This document shows positions 28,037-38,500 of a stretch of DNA of 53,246 nt, in pieces. The notes beneath the pieces were generated by a model. That model was not told where the DNA came from and did not search any database. It was given only the letters and a program-made list of their open reading frames with translations. Within the stretch, counting starts at the first letter, position 1; each line of letters opens with the position of its first letter. Source of the stretch: Candidatus Enterousia sp. (GTDB lineage Bacteria > Pseudomonadota > Alphaproteobacteria > Rs-D84); the NCBI GenBank assembly GCA_045613315.1, contig JAZLAV010000021.1, positions 1 through 53,246 of the forward strand, given 5' to 3'. The position numbers were made by a program, and so were the translations under genes.

Positions 28037-29314
28037 TTATGCCGCCTTTTTGGCATCGGCAAATATTTCAACCGGCGCCTTTTTGCCGACGATAACATTT
28101 TTATCTATAACGATTTCTTTCAAATCTGGCTTATCTGGCGCATCAAACATTGGTTGCATTAAAATCTTTTCCAGTATTCCGCGTAGCCCACGTGCCCCTG
28201 TTTTACGCGCAACCGCCATTTTGGCAATTTCGCGTAACGCATCATCTTTGATATTTAATTTGACGCCATCCATTTCCAGCATTGCGACAAACTGTTTCAC
28301 GATTGCGTTTTTCGGTTCTGTCAATATTTTCACCAACGCATCTTCGTCCAAATCTTGTAATGTGGTAATCACTGGCAAACGGCCGACCAATTCTGGGATT
28401 ATACCGAACTTTACCAAATCAGACGGTTGCACATCCCCCAGATAGTTTTTCGATTCGCGTGCCTCTTTGGATTCCACATTTGCACCAAACCCAATTCCGC
28501 GACGAGCATCAGTTCGATTGGCGATAATTTTATTTAACCCATCAAACGCCCCGCCACAGATGAACAATATCTTGCTGGTATCCAGTTGAACGGTTGCCTC
28601 GCCCGGGTGTTTACGCCCCGCCCCACCGGCCGGAACGTTTGCAATGGTACCTTCGACCAATTTCAATAACGCCTGTTGTACCCCTTCGCCGGAAACATCG
28701 CGGGTCAAAGAGGGATTTTCCGATTTGCGTGAAATTTTATCTATTTCATCAATATAGATAATTCCGCGCCCCGCCCGTTCGACATCAAAATTCGCATTTT
28801 GCAACAACCGTGTCAAAACACTTTCAACATCATCACCGACATATCCCGCTTCAGTCAAAGTGGTTGCATCTGCAATTGCGAACGGCACATCCAAAATACG
28901 CGCCAATGTTTGTGCAAACAGTGTTTTACCCGTTCCCGTTGGCCCAATCAGCAACACATTTGATTTTTGAATTTCAACCTTGCTTGATGCGGCAACACTG
29001 TGCCGTTTATAGTGATTATAAACCGCAACCGACAATGTGCGTTTGGCTTCTTCCTGGCCAATGATATATTCGTTCAAGAAATCATAGATTTGATGTGGTG
29101 TCGGCAACTTTGCCGCGTCTTTGTGTATTTCATCGACGCGTTCATCGGTCATAATATCATTGCACAGGGCAATACATTCATCGCAAATGCACACCCCACG
29201 ACCACTGACCAATTTTTTTACTTCATATACGGCCTTGCCACAGAAACTGCAAAACTGCTGATTTTCCGGTGTATTTGTCGTATCGATTGTTTTATCGTTG
29301 CTCATTTTCCCCAC
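28037..29314 (-). CDS. clpX: ATP-dependent Clp protease ATP-binding subunit ClpX
   Basis: CSFCGK zinc finger, [38 protein letters not shown] loop; start may be 29305. Confidence 0.98.
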   Translation of the reverse strand: MGKMSNDKTIDTTNTPENQQFCSFCGKAVYEVKKLVSGRGVCICDECIALCNDIMTDERVDEIHKDAAKLPTPHQIYDFLNEYIIGQEEAKRTLSVAVYNHYKRHSVAASSKVEIQKSNVLLIGPTGTGKTLFAQTLARILDVPFAIADATTLTEAGYVGDDVESVLTRLLQNANFDVERAGRGIIYIDEIDKISRKSENPSLTRDVSGEGVQQALLKLVEGTIANVPAGGAGRKHPGEATVQLDTSKILFICGGAFDGLNKIIANRTDARRGIGFGANVESKEARESKNYLGDVQPSDLVKFGIIPELVGRLPVITTLQDLDEDALVKILTEPKNAIVKQFVAMLEMDGVKLNIKDDALREIAKMAVARKTGARGLRGILEKILMQPMFDAPDKPDLKEIVIDKNVIVGKKAPVEIFADAKKAA

Positions 29315-29330
29315 ATCCCATCACATAAAA

Positions 29331-29912
29331 TTATTTTCGTGTCAAAACGCCATCGATTAAACCAAAATCTTTGGCCTTGTCCGGTGTCATCCAATTATTG
29401 CGTTCCATCGCATCAAATAATTCTTTTTCTTTGCGTCCCGTAAACCCGGCCATCTGCTTGATAAGTGTTTTTTTGACACGCACAGATTCCTGTAATTCTA
29501 TTTCCATATCCGTCACCTGGCCCTTGACCCCAGACAATGGTTGATGAATCATAATTTCGGCATTTGGCAACGCAAAACGTTTTCCCTTTTCACCGGCCGC
29601 CAACAATACCGAAGCCATCGACGCGACCAGTCCCATACCAATTGTTGAAACAGGCGCCTTAATATACTGCATCGTATCCATAATCGCCCAACCGGCAGAA
29701 ACATCCCCACCCGGCGAATTTATATACATGGAAATATCAGCATTTGGGTTTTCCGATTCCAAAAACAACAACTGGGCAACAATACTGTTCGCCATGCCCG
29801 GTTCAATTTCACCACCAACCATAATAATGCGGTCCCGCAAAAGGCGTGAATAAATATCAAACGACCGTTCCCCACGCGGTGATTCTTCGATAACCATAGG
29901 TATAAGAGCCAT
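29331..29912 (-). CDS. clpP: ATP-dependent Clp protease proteolytic subunit
   Basis: [30 protein letters not shown]. Confidence 0.98.
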   Translation of the reverse strand: MALIPMVIEESPRGERSFDIYSRLLRDRIIMVGGEIEPGMANSIVAQLLFLESENPNADISMYINSPGGDVSAGWAIMDTMQYIKAPVSTIGMGLVASMASVLLAAGEKGKRFALPNAEIMIHQPLSGVKGQVTDMEIELQESVRVKKTLIKQMAGFTGRKEKELFDAMERNNWMTPDKAKDFGLIDGVLTRK

Positions 29913-30025
29913 TACAAATCCTTTATTTCAAACGAAATTATACCACATAAAAACCCGATTCGCTAATTTTCATCGGGTGTTGATACAAATATAGGCTTTT
30001 AATGCCGTTTTACAAGCCCCACCCC

Positions 30026-31192
30026 TTATTCCGTCAATGCGACAAGCCCCGGCAATTCACAACCTTCGATATATTCAAGGAATGCACCACCACCGGTCGA
30101 AACATATGAAATATCGTTTTTGACCCCACAGGCTTCTAAACACGCGACCGTATCGCCACCCCCGACAACACTGGTCAATTTACCGGCGCGCGTCTGTTCG
30201 GCAACCGCGCGTGCAATCGCAAAGGACCCCACCGACCACGTTGGCATCCATTCGGCCATACCGACCGTACCATTCCAAATTACGGTTTTGGCGTTTTTAA
30301 TAACATCGACATCACGCGCAATCGTCAATTCACCCGCATCCAAAATAATATCGTTATCGTTTATTTCATCAAATGCCTTATCGACACGTGCGGCATCGCG
30401 CGAAAATTCGGTCGCGACCCCTTTGTCCATCGGGACCAAGATTTCGCAATTATTTTCCGTGGCATATTTTATAACACCCAACGCAGTATCTTTCTGGTCG
30501 GATTCGTACAACGAATTGCCGACATTTGCACCCAACGCATAATTAAATGTGGTCCCCAGCGCACCACCAATTATCAATTTATCCGCCATCCGCGCCAGTG
30601 CCCGCAATACCCCTATTTTGGTTGATATTTTGGATCCCGCCACAATCGCAACCAATGGCCGCGTCGGGTGTTTCATTACCGCATCCAACTGGGCAATTTC
30701 AGACGCCAACAAATTTCCCGCATATGACGGCAAAAATTTTGTCACCCCAACAGTCGACGCGTGCGCACGGTGCGACACGGCAAACGCGTCATTCACGAAC
30801 AAATCGAATCCGTCCGCCAATTGTTTTGCGAACCCAGATTCGTTTGATTCTTCGCCCGGATAAAAACGCACATTTTCCAACAGCACCACATCGCCATCAT
30901 GCATATCCGCCAAAAAGTTTTTATCCAACGCATCTGGAATCAGTGGGATGCCCATATAATCCGCGACCGGTTTTAACGAATATTCCATATTACGCGCGCC
31001 CCGTGGTCGCCCCAAATGCGCAACAATTGCGATTCGTGCGCCCGCCGCACGCAGTGCGTTTATGGTTGGCATACTCTGTTCAATTCTGAAAGTGTCGGTA
31101 ATTTTTCCATCGACAATTTGGACATTAAAATCGTCACGCAACAGCACATATTTTCCACGAACATCAATTCCATCAATCGTGCACAGTTTCAT
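30026..31192 (-). CDS. pgk: Phosphoglycerate kinase
   Basis: RDDFNV, HLGRP, LENVRF, NDAFAVSHRAHAS, GGGDT, STGGGAFLEYIEG. Confidence 0.98.
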   Translation of the reverse strand: MKLCTIDGIDVRGKYVLLRDDFNVQIVDGKITDTFRIEQSMPTINALRAAGARIAIVAHLGRPRGARNMEYSLKPVADYMGIPLIPDALDKNFLADMHDGDVVLLENVRFYPGEESNESGFAKQLADGFDLFVNDAFAVSHRAHASTVGVTKFLPSYAGNLLASEIAQLDAVMKHPTRPLVAIVAGSKISTKIGVLRALARMADKLIIGGALGTTFNYALGANVGNSLYESDQKDTALGVIKYATENNCEILVPMDKGVATEFSRDAARVDKAFDEINDNDIILDAGELTIARDVDVIKNAKTVIWNGTVGMAEWMPTWSVGSFAIARAVAEQTRAGKLTSVVGGGDTVACLEACGVKNDISYVSTGGGAFLEYIEGCELPGLVALTE

Positions 31193-31793
31193 TTTTTATC
31201 CTTTCTTTGACCGGGCCAAAACTTTTTCGATAATGTTCATTTATACCATATGTTTCTATTGCGTGTAAATGGGATTGTGTTGGGTATCCGGCGTTTTTAT
31301 CCCATTCATATTGCGGATATATTAACGCCAATTCGCGCATAATTTTATCACGCGTTTCCTTGGCAATAATTGATGCGGCGGCAATAGAAACAGATTTTGC
31401 ATCCCCGTGCACGATCGATTCGCCAATGATATTTTTTGGCACGCGGTTCCCATCAACCAGACACCAATCTGGTTTTTGCCACAGCCCCCCCACCGCGCGT
31501 TCCATTGCCAACATGGACGCCCACAAAATATTCAATTCATCTATTTCCGCGGGACTGCATTCGCCAATCGCCCAATCACAGTTCAGGGTTATCCATTCAT
31601 ACGCCACGGCGCGTTGTTTTGCCGTCATCTGTTTTGAATCACGAATAACAACGGGAATATCAATATCAAACCGTGGAAACACAACCGCCGCCACAACAAC
31701 CGGCCCACAGAGCGGCCCCCGCCCCGCCTCGTCCACACCCGCGATTACCCCGCCACGCGCAATTTCCAACGAAAAATCTGGATTAGTTTTCAT
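31173..31793 (-). CDS. rnhB: Ribonuclease HII
   Basis: GVDEAGRGPLCGPV, DSKQM, LVDGN, IAAASIIAK, NAGYPT. Confidence 0.97.
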   Translation of the reverse strand: MKTNPDFSLEIARGGVIAGVDEAGRGPLCGPVVVAAVVFPRFDIDIPVVIRDSKQMTAKQRAVAYEWITLNCDWAIGECSPAEIDELNILWASMLAMERAVGGLWQKPDWCLVDGNRVPKNIIGESIVHGDAKSVSIAAASIIAKETRDKIMRELALIYPQYEWDKNAGYPTQSHLHAIETYGINEHYRKSFGPVKERIKNETVHD

Positions 31794-33505
31794 TAAATCG
31801 CCCAACGGTTTTGGACATATTCGTCTTCGCTGTTATAAAGTGGCCATTGGCCGCCCGCTAATTCTTCCATGGACGAAAGTGGCTGATTAAGGCGCGCACG
31901 ATACAGCCAAAGGTTTGACATCACACGTTTTATATAACTGCGTGTTTCATATGCCGGAAAACTTTCGATATATAACAGCGGGTCGGATGTATCAAACGTT
32001 TTTTCGAATTTTACCAGGTTCCCCATCCCCGCATTATATGCCACCAACATTTTAATAATGTTATTATCAATGGTTGGGTGTGCCAACAAATCCACAATAT
32101 ACTGTTGCCCCAGAAACATATTATGTTCGGGTTTGGACATATCAATATCAGACATACTGACATTATTTCGTTTTGCGACGCGTTTTGCGGTACTGGGCAT
32201 AATTTGCATTAAACCATTTGCGCCAGCGCCCGATTTTGCACCCGCACGAAAACCACTTTCCTGTTTTGTGATTGCCAACAACAATGCCCGGTCAATTGAC
32301 CACCCACCCATCGGTTCCCAATCCGGCAATGGATATTGTGCAGTATAAATAATATCGTCGTCGATTTCCAAAATGCCACGATCACGAATAACACTGGATG
32401 CCTGGATGGATACACGCGGCAATCCATATGCCGTTGCGACCGAATTAACCGCATGCAATGTTCTATCCGATGCCCGTGCGGTGATTAAATATTTCAGATA
32501 CTGTTCCGCACGATCGCGATTTTCCACCTGAAGTAATGCCAACGCCATTTTTCCATATTTTGTTTCACGCAACGCGTCATAGTCATCTTCGGTACAGTCC
32601 TGTTCAAAAAATTCATATTCAGTCCGATTCCCCAACATTGTTGCCGACAACGCACCATAAAATGCCATGGGATGTGCCGCCGAAATCGCCCAATATTTCT
32701 TGGCTGTTGCCCTGTCGCCATTGGCGTCGGCCGCGCGTCCGGCCCAAAATGCGGCCTCGGTCTTGCGCGCATTGTTAATTTGTTGCAAATCCAAAATACG
32801 CGCAAAATATTTTTGGCTTTCTTTGTATTTACCTTCTTTGAAATACAACAATCCCATCGACCATAACCCGTATTCCGAATTCGCATCAGACGCGACAAAA
32901 CCCCACTTCTTTGCCAATTCGAATTCGCCGTTGGTATAGTAAATATATGACATCCGCCCGGCCAGGCGCCCATAATCCGATTCGGTTATTTTGCGTTTAA
33001 ACGATGAATCCTCTAATATTTTGCGCGCGGTTTTCGTACTGCCACTGCGAATCGCTTTTTTGAATTTATCGATTTTATCTGCGACCCGCCCACTGTATTG
33101 TTTTGCGGTCCATGTTTCAGATTGTGCGGTCTCGATGGATTCACTGCCCGATATAGAATTTGGCAACGTCGGTTTTCGCACCGTCACCTTTTTAATATTT
33201 GCCAATTTTGCCATACGATCCGCACCCGGCATATCATAATATTTGTCCATCCATGCAACGACTTCTGTACCCTTGGTGTGATACGTTTTGGAAACATATC
33301 GTTGGAGCAAAACTTCGTTCATTAACAGTTTATCTTCCAACAACTTTTCCAACTTTATTGCAGAATCGATTTGTTCTTTGTCCTGCAACATAAAAATTTG
33401 CGAATACAAACTGGCATCTACATCAGACAGAACATCTGGCGTGGCCGTCGCAAACGCGGACAGTGGCAAAAATATTGCTGCAAAAAAACATATGATTTTT
33501 TTCAT
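31793..33505 (-). CDS. Soluble lytic transglycosylase (TPR-like + SLT domain)
   Basis: Signal peptide; AITKQESGF, GANGLMQIMPSTA, AYNAGMG, YETRSYIKRV. Confidence 0.93.
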   Translation of the reverse strand: MKKIICFFAAIFLPLSAFATATPDVLSDVDASLYSQIFMLQDKEQIDSAIKLEKLLEDKLLMNEVLLQRYVSKTYHTKGTEVVAWMDKYYDMPGADRMAKLANIKKVTVRKPTLPNSISGSESIETAQSETWTAKQYSGRVADKIDKFKKAIRSGSTKTARKILEDSSFKRKITESDYGRLAGRMSYIYYTNGEFELAKKWGFVASDANSEYGLWSMGLLYFKEGKYKESQKYFARILDLQQINNARKTEAAFWAGRAADANGDRATAKKYWAISAAHPMAFYGALSATMLGNRTEYEFFEQDCTEDDYDALRETKYGKMALALLQVENRDRAEQYLKYLITARASDRTLHAVNSVATAYGLPRVSIQASSVIRDRGILEIDDDIIYTAQYPLPDWEPMGGWSIDRALLLAITKQESGFRAGAKSGAGANGLMQIMPSTAKRVAKRNNVSMSDIDMSKPEHNMFLGQQYIVDLLAHPTIDNNIIKMLVAYNAGMGNLVKFEKTFDTSDPLLYIESFPAYETRSYIKRVMSNLWLYRARLNQPLSSMEELAGGQWPLYNSEDEYVQNRWAI

Positions 33506-33506
33506 A

Positions 33507-34007
33507 TTAAAATAAAGTGGTCTTTGGTAATTGACAAACCACTGCCCCCTCGTCATCCTCTGGTATTTGGTCAATAATCTTTTTAAAGTCCGATATTTTT
33601 GAAAACTTGCGATACACGGAAACAAATCGCACAAATGCAATCGGGTCCAAATTAAGCAACGAATCGGACACCATTTGTCCGACCATACTGCTGGACACAA
33701 CATCATCTGCGGTTTCGGTTTCCAAACGTCGATGAATCGATGTCACCAATTTATCGATTTGGTCATCACTTACATCGCGATTGCGACATGCCAATTTAAT
33801 ACTGCGTGTTAATTTTTCACGGTCAAACGGTTCCAATTTACCGCTGTTTTTGCGCACGGACAAATCACGCATCTGGATACGTTCAACGGTCGTAAATTTT
33901 GCGCCGCATTGGTTGCACACACGCCGACGACGGATAATTGAATCCTCGGTATCGGGGCGTGAGTCCGCGACGCGGCTGTCACTAGAATTACAATATGGGC
34001 ATCTCAT
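33507..34007 (-). CDS. nrdR: Transcriptional repressor NrdR
   Basis: MRCPYC...DSR...IRRRRVC..C..KFTTVE; ATP cone; AFVRFVSVYR. Confidence 0.96.
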   Translation of the reverse strand: MRCPYCNSSDSRVADSRPDTEDSIIRRRRVCNQCGAKFTTVERIQMRDLSVRKNSGKLEPFDREKLTRSIKLACRNRDVSDDQIDKLVTSIHRRLETETADDVVSSSMVGQMVSDSLLNLDPIAFVRFVSVYRKFSKISDFKKIIDQIPEDDEGAVVCQLPKTTLF

Positions 34008-34185
34008 GATTACTATAACGGTAGCAATCAAAAGCCACCCGTGCAAGTACATTTTGTATTTCGCATCGGGCAAAAAATGTATTTTTATAAAAATCAAGAC
34101 ATTTATTTTATATTGGCACCTTGCGTCCTGCTTTTTAATCCCCCCGAAATATGATAAAATATATTTGTTAAAACGGGCAGAGAGA

Positions 34186-35286
34186 ATGAACAAATACCTG
34201 AACCAGATTTTACTGGGTGATTGTATTGAACTTATGCGTGGGGTACCCGATGCGTCTGTGGATGCAGTATTTGCCGATTCACCATACAATTTGCAGTTGG
34301 GCGACAAAACGTTATACAGGCCCGAAGATCAAACGGCCGCGCGTGCTGTGCGTGATTCATGGGATGCGTTTGAAAGTGCGGATGCCTATACTGAATTTAC
34401 ACGCCGTTGGGTTGCCGAATGTAAACGCGTATTAAAACCTGACGGTGCATTTTGGACAATCGGCAGTTATCACAACATTTTCCGCATCGGCGCAATTTTA
34501 CAGGATTTGGGCTTTTGGATTTTGAACGACATTGTGTGGGTAAAAACAAATCCTATGCCGAATTTCCGCGGAACACGCTTTACCAATGCCCACGAAACAC
34601 TTATTTGGGCCACCCCGACCAAAACCGGGAAATACACATTTAATTATGAAACGATGAAAAAATTGAACAACGGCAAACAAATGCGTTCCGATTGGGATAT
34701 AAACATTTGTCTGGGTGACGAACGAATTAAGGGTGCCGATGGCAAAAGTTTACATAACACACAAAAGCCGCTTGATTTATTACGCCGTGTTATTTTGGCA
34801 TCGACCAAACCCGGCGACATTATACTGGACCCGTTTATGGGTTCGGGCACAACGGCGGCGGCGGCACGCGAATTGGGCCGTAACTTCATCGGATTTGAAC
34901 GCGAAGAATCGTATGTCACGGCGGCGCGCGAACGCGTTATGAACACAACACCAATCGATTTATCTGGGATTGAAGTATCCGCACCAAAACGTGCCGAACC
35001 ACGAATTGCATTTCGCGAACTTATTGACGCAGGGTTGCTCTATGTTGGACAAACCCTGGTCAGCCCACGTGGCGAACGTGTCATGATTTCACGCGACGGT
35101 CAATTGGTCCACACCCTTTATGGCAAGGCATCCATCCACGTAATGGCGGCCCGAATGCAAAAGTCGGTCAGTTTTAATGGCTGGGACTATTGGTCGGCCG
35201 AACGACGCGATGGCACATTGGTTCCGATTGACGAATTACGCAAATACATCCGTAATATAAAGCGCGATATGAAGGTTGCCGCATAG
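34186..35286 (+). CDS. ccrM: Cell-cycle regulated DNA adenine methyltransferase, CcrM-like (beta class)
   Basis: FADSPYNLQL, IGSYHNIFRIG, WILNDIVWVKTNPMPNFRGTRFTNAHETLIW, H.TQKP, DPFMGSGTT, C-terminal SIH...NGWDYW. Confidence 0.9.
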   Translation: MNKYLNQILLGDCIELMRGVPDASVDAVFADSPYNLQLGDKTLYRPEDQTAARAVRDSWDAFESADAYTEFTRRWVAECKRVLKPDGAFWTIGSYHNIFRIGAILQDLGFWILNDIVWVKTNPMPNFRGTRFTNAHETLIWATPTKTGKYTFNYETMKKLNNGKQMRSDWDINICLGDERIKGADGKSLHNTQKPLDLLRRVILASTKPGDIILDPFMGSGTTAAAARELGRNFIGFEREESYVTAARERVMNTTPIDLSGIEVSAPKRAEPRIAFRELIDAGLLYVGQTLVSPRGERVMISRDGQLVHTLYGKASIHVMAARMQKSVSFNGWDYWSAERRDGTLVPIDELRKYIRNIKRDMKVAA

Positions 35287-35324
35287 AGTGGCTAGTGGTT
35301 AGTGGCTAGCAACTAATAATTTAT

Positions 35325-35347
35325 AAATGTCCCGCTGGGACATTTTT
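35325..35347. terminator. Terminator between ccrM and tRNA-Gln
   Basis: AAATGTCCC-GCT-GGGACATTT followed by T's. Confidence 0.7.
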
Positions 35348-35356
35348 GGTTTATCT

Positions 35357-35430
35357 TGGTTGGGGCAGCTGGATTCGAACCAACACTAGCGGAGTCAGAG
35401 TCCGGTGTTCTACCATTAAACTATGCCCCA
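35357..35430 (-). tRNA. tRNA-Gln(CTG)
   Basis: Reverse complement TGGGGCATAGTTTAATGGTAGAACACCGGACTCTGACTCCGCTAGTGTTGGTTCGAATCCAGCTGCCCCAACCA. Confidence 0.95.
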
Positions 35431-35481
35431 ATGTCGTGGCTCATTATATACGCAGTTTTTACATTTTGCAAATAAAATCAT

Positions 35482-35504
35482 AACCCGCCCACATGGGGCG
35501 GGTT
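35482..35504 (-). terminator. Terminator after the adhesin gene
   Basis: AACCCGCCC-ACATG-GGGCGGGTT. Confidence 0.6.
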
Positions 35505-35527
35505 CTATTTCATAAAATCAAACAGTT

Positions 35528-38500
35528 TTAGAACAATTTGAATTTATAGTTTGTACCGGCACGGAACGATACATCCGCGTTGGATATACCGGCACCTGCA
35601 TTGACGGACCATCTGTCGGACAATCCCATCGCTGCCCCAAATGCCGCGGCCGATTGACCGTTAAAGTAGCCATATCCGGCACCAACCGACACTTCGCCAC
35701 GTTCAACCCCGGATACCGCAACCGATGACAATGCAACTGCACCCGCGACACCGGCTGACAAATCCTTGTCCAGTGATTCGATGCGTCGATCGGTGTATGC
35801 ATTTGCATCCGCCAATGTTGCAACACGCGCCAAACTTAACTGAGTATCAGTATATGTGTTCGCCTCCGCGACCGCATTCGCTGCCGCCTGGGCCACAGAA
35901 CCATCGCCGGTGCCATTTAATGTCGCAATTGCAGCCGTATTGCCATCAACCACGCCACCCAACTGGTTCAACGCTGAACCGACCGTTGCGGCCGAACCCA
36001 ACGATGTTACGTTACCGTTGTTGGTAAACGTTGCATTTTCTGCATTGGTCTTTACGGTATTCTTGACAGAACCGGTCGTGCCTTCGCCCGCCGCCAATGT
36101 CACAAAAGCGGCATCATGGTTATCCAAACGATTCTGGGTTCCCTTGACCCCGGCATCCAAATTGCTTAACGCGTCGGCAATTGTGGTTGTTGTCGAACCG
36201 ATAACATCTTTTGATGTCAACGCGTTCTGCAATTGGTTGTTGACATTTTCATCAACATCAACCCCCAACAGGCTTTCCGCCCAATCGTGTGCCTGGTTAT
36301 AAACCGCCGTCACACCATCTGTCACCTCTGCCTTGGTTGCATATGTCGTCTTGATGTTATTACCATCTTCGTCGCCATATGCCTTGGCAACAATTGTTGT
36401 GCCATTTACGATTTTCGCGATATCGCCCGTATTCGTATTAACCTGGGCATTGGTGTCATTTAATGCGCCACTCAACGTACCCGCAGACGAACCGGTCACC
36501 TTGGTGCCTGTATAATCTGCGTTCTCGGCACTCTTTAACACCGTCGCCGTCGTTGCCAATGTTGTTGCCGAACCGGTTGTTTGTGCGGCCGCGCCATTGT
36601 CAATCGCATTTGCGGTCGCATCACCTGCAAACTTTAGCGAACCACCGATTGTCGCATCGCCGGTTGTCGACAGTGTTGTTGTTGCAACACCACCGTTTGC
36701 GTTTAATGCGCCCGTCAATGTAGTATCACCGACCACCTCTAAAGCACCCGCGATTGTTGCCGCACTTGCGGTCAGGCCACTTGATGTCAATGTGTTATTC
36801 GCATCAACCGAGAACCCGTTTGCCGCGGTTACAGACGCCAACGTTGCGACACCGTTTTCATTAATGCTGTAATCAGAGCCGAATTTTACACCCTTTTCTG
36901 CAACAATTTGTTCTTCAAACGTGTTTGTTCCAGTAAATGTGTTGTTCGACGCAGTGCCCGCTGCGGTTGTCGCAACCGTATTGATTGCACTCACCAGATT
37001 CACATCGTCGCCAATCTTTTGCCCACTCAACAGACCCGCCGTTGCCGCGGTTGTTTGTGCCGTGCCAACTTCGGTTTGCAGGCCACCAATATTGCTTTCG
37101 GCTGTTGCCAACGCATTTGCAACACTAACAACATTTCCGGCCAAATCAGTACCCGCAGTCAGGTGATTTGTGGTTGTTGCCTCGGACGATTCAACCGTGA
37201 TATTGCCAGTCAAACCACTTATGCCGATATTGATTGTTGAAATATCAGACGCATTCTTGGCAATTGCCGCAGTCAATGTTGAACCAACACTGCTGATATC
37301 GGTCGTGCCGATTTTGGTGTTGATTGTTGCGATATTGGTTGCGTTTGTTGCAATCTGGCCGACCTTGGTCGCATCGATACCCGATGCCAACGCCGCCGAT
37401 TGTGCATCAGACCAATCGATATACGCTGTATTCAACTTGTTTGTTCCGGACAAAGCATCCTGTTTGGCCGTCCATGCAGTTATCTGGTCATCTGTAACAA
37501 CACGATGTGTTGCATCAAACGTCAAATCGCTTGCCTTACCACTGGTTGCAACCGTGGCCAAATCTGCGGTATTTGCCTTTGCCGCCAACGCCGTATTCAT
37601 ATTGGTCGTTGTTGTATAGTTTGTCAAATCGGCAACATCTTTGGTAATGAACCCAGATGTGCTGTTATCAAACTGTGACAAATCTATTGTTGCCAACTTG
37701 GCCAATGTGACGGAGCTATCTGTCAGGTTTGCACCATTCAACGCGCTTGTTGATTGCAATGCACTGTCGGCCAACGCCAACGAAGCATTAACGGTTGAAT
37801 CCAATTGTGTCGCACCGATTGAACCGGCCTTGACATTCAAACCACTTGTGCCTGATTCAATTGTTGTGCCATCTGTTTTGACATACAGTTCACCCGAACC
37901 ATTGAAATCCAGCGCAGTGCCAGTGGACTTGACAGAAATCGTATCAGACGTAATACCAATACCATCACCCGCGGTTAACGTACCCTGCTTTGTCGCCAAC
38001 GCAGTGTTCATTGCACTGGTTGTCGCATAGTCCGCCAATGTTGTGGTCAACGCCGAACGGTTAATCAACTTGTCGCTGAATGTGATTGTGCCATCGTCAT
38101 TATCAACCACACTGGTATAGTAATTCATACCATTGATTTGCACATTTTCGTCCAGTTTACCACCAACGATCAACGTCACATTATCCGCAGTACCATATTC
38201 AGTTCCCAGGATATTGATTTCGGTAATGTTCGCATTGGCACCGGCCGTAAAACTATCGGCTGAATTTGTCGTCCCCAATTTCGCATCCAGGACAACATTA
38301 CCGCCACCGAATGTACCGGCAATTGTGTCAATTGCACCGTTGTGCAAATCCAACGTACCGCCGGTCAGTGTACCGGTAAAGTCCGCACCCGACGCGACCT
38401 TGATTGTGTTCGTATTTGCGGTGTTGTTAAAGATTGTTTGTCCCGCGACCAGGTTTGTTGTCCCGGTTCCGGTGATTGTTGCGCCCGACGCAAATGTGAC

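Noticed and set aside
33781-34307. Long N-terminal extensions of the ccrM, nrdR and slt ORFs in the track
   Set aside because: They overlap neighbouring genes; family homology starts at 34186, 34007 and 33505
35357-35530. tRNA-Gln as an integration site for the adhesin region
   Set aside because: The adhesin lies on the tRNA 5' side, and no duplicated tRNA end or integrase was seen
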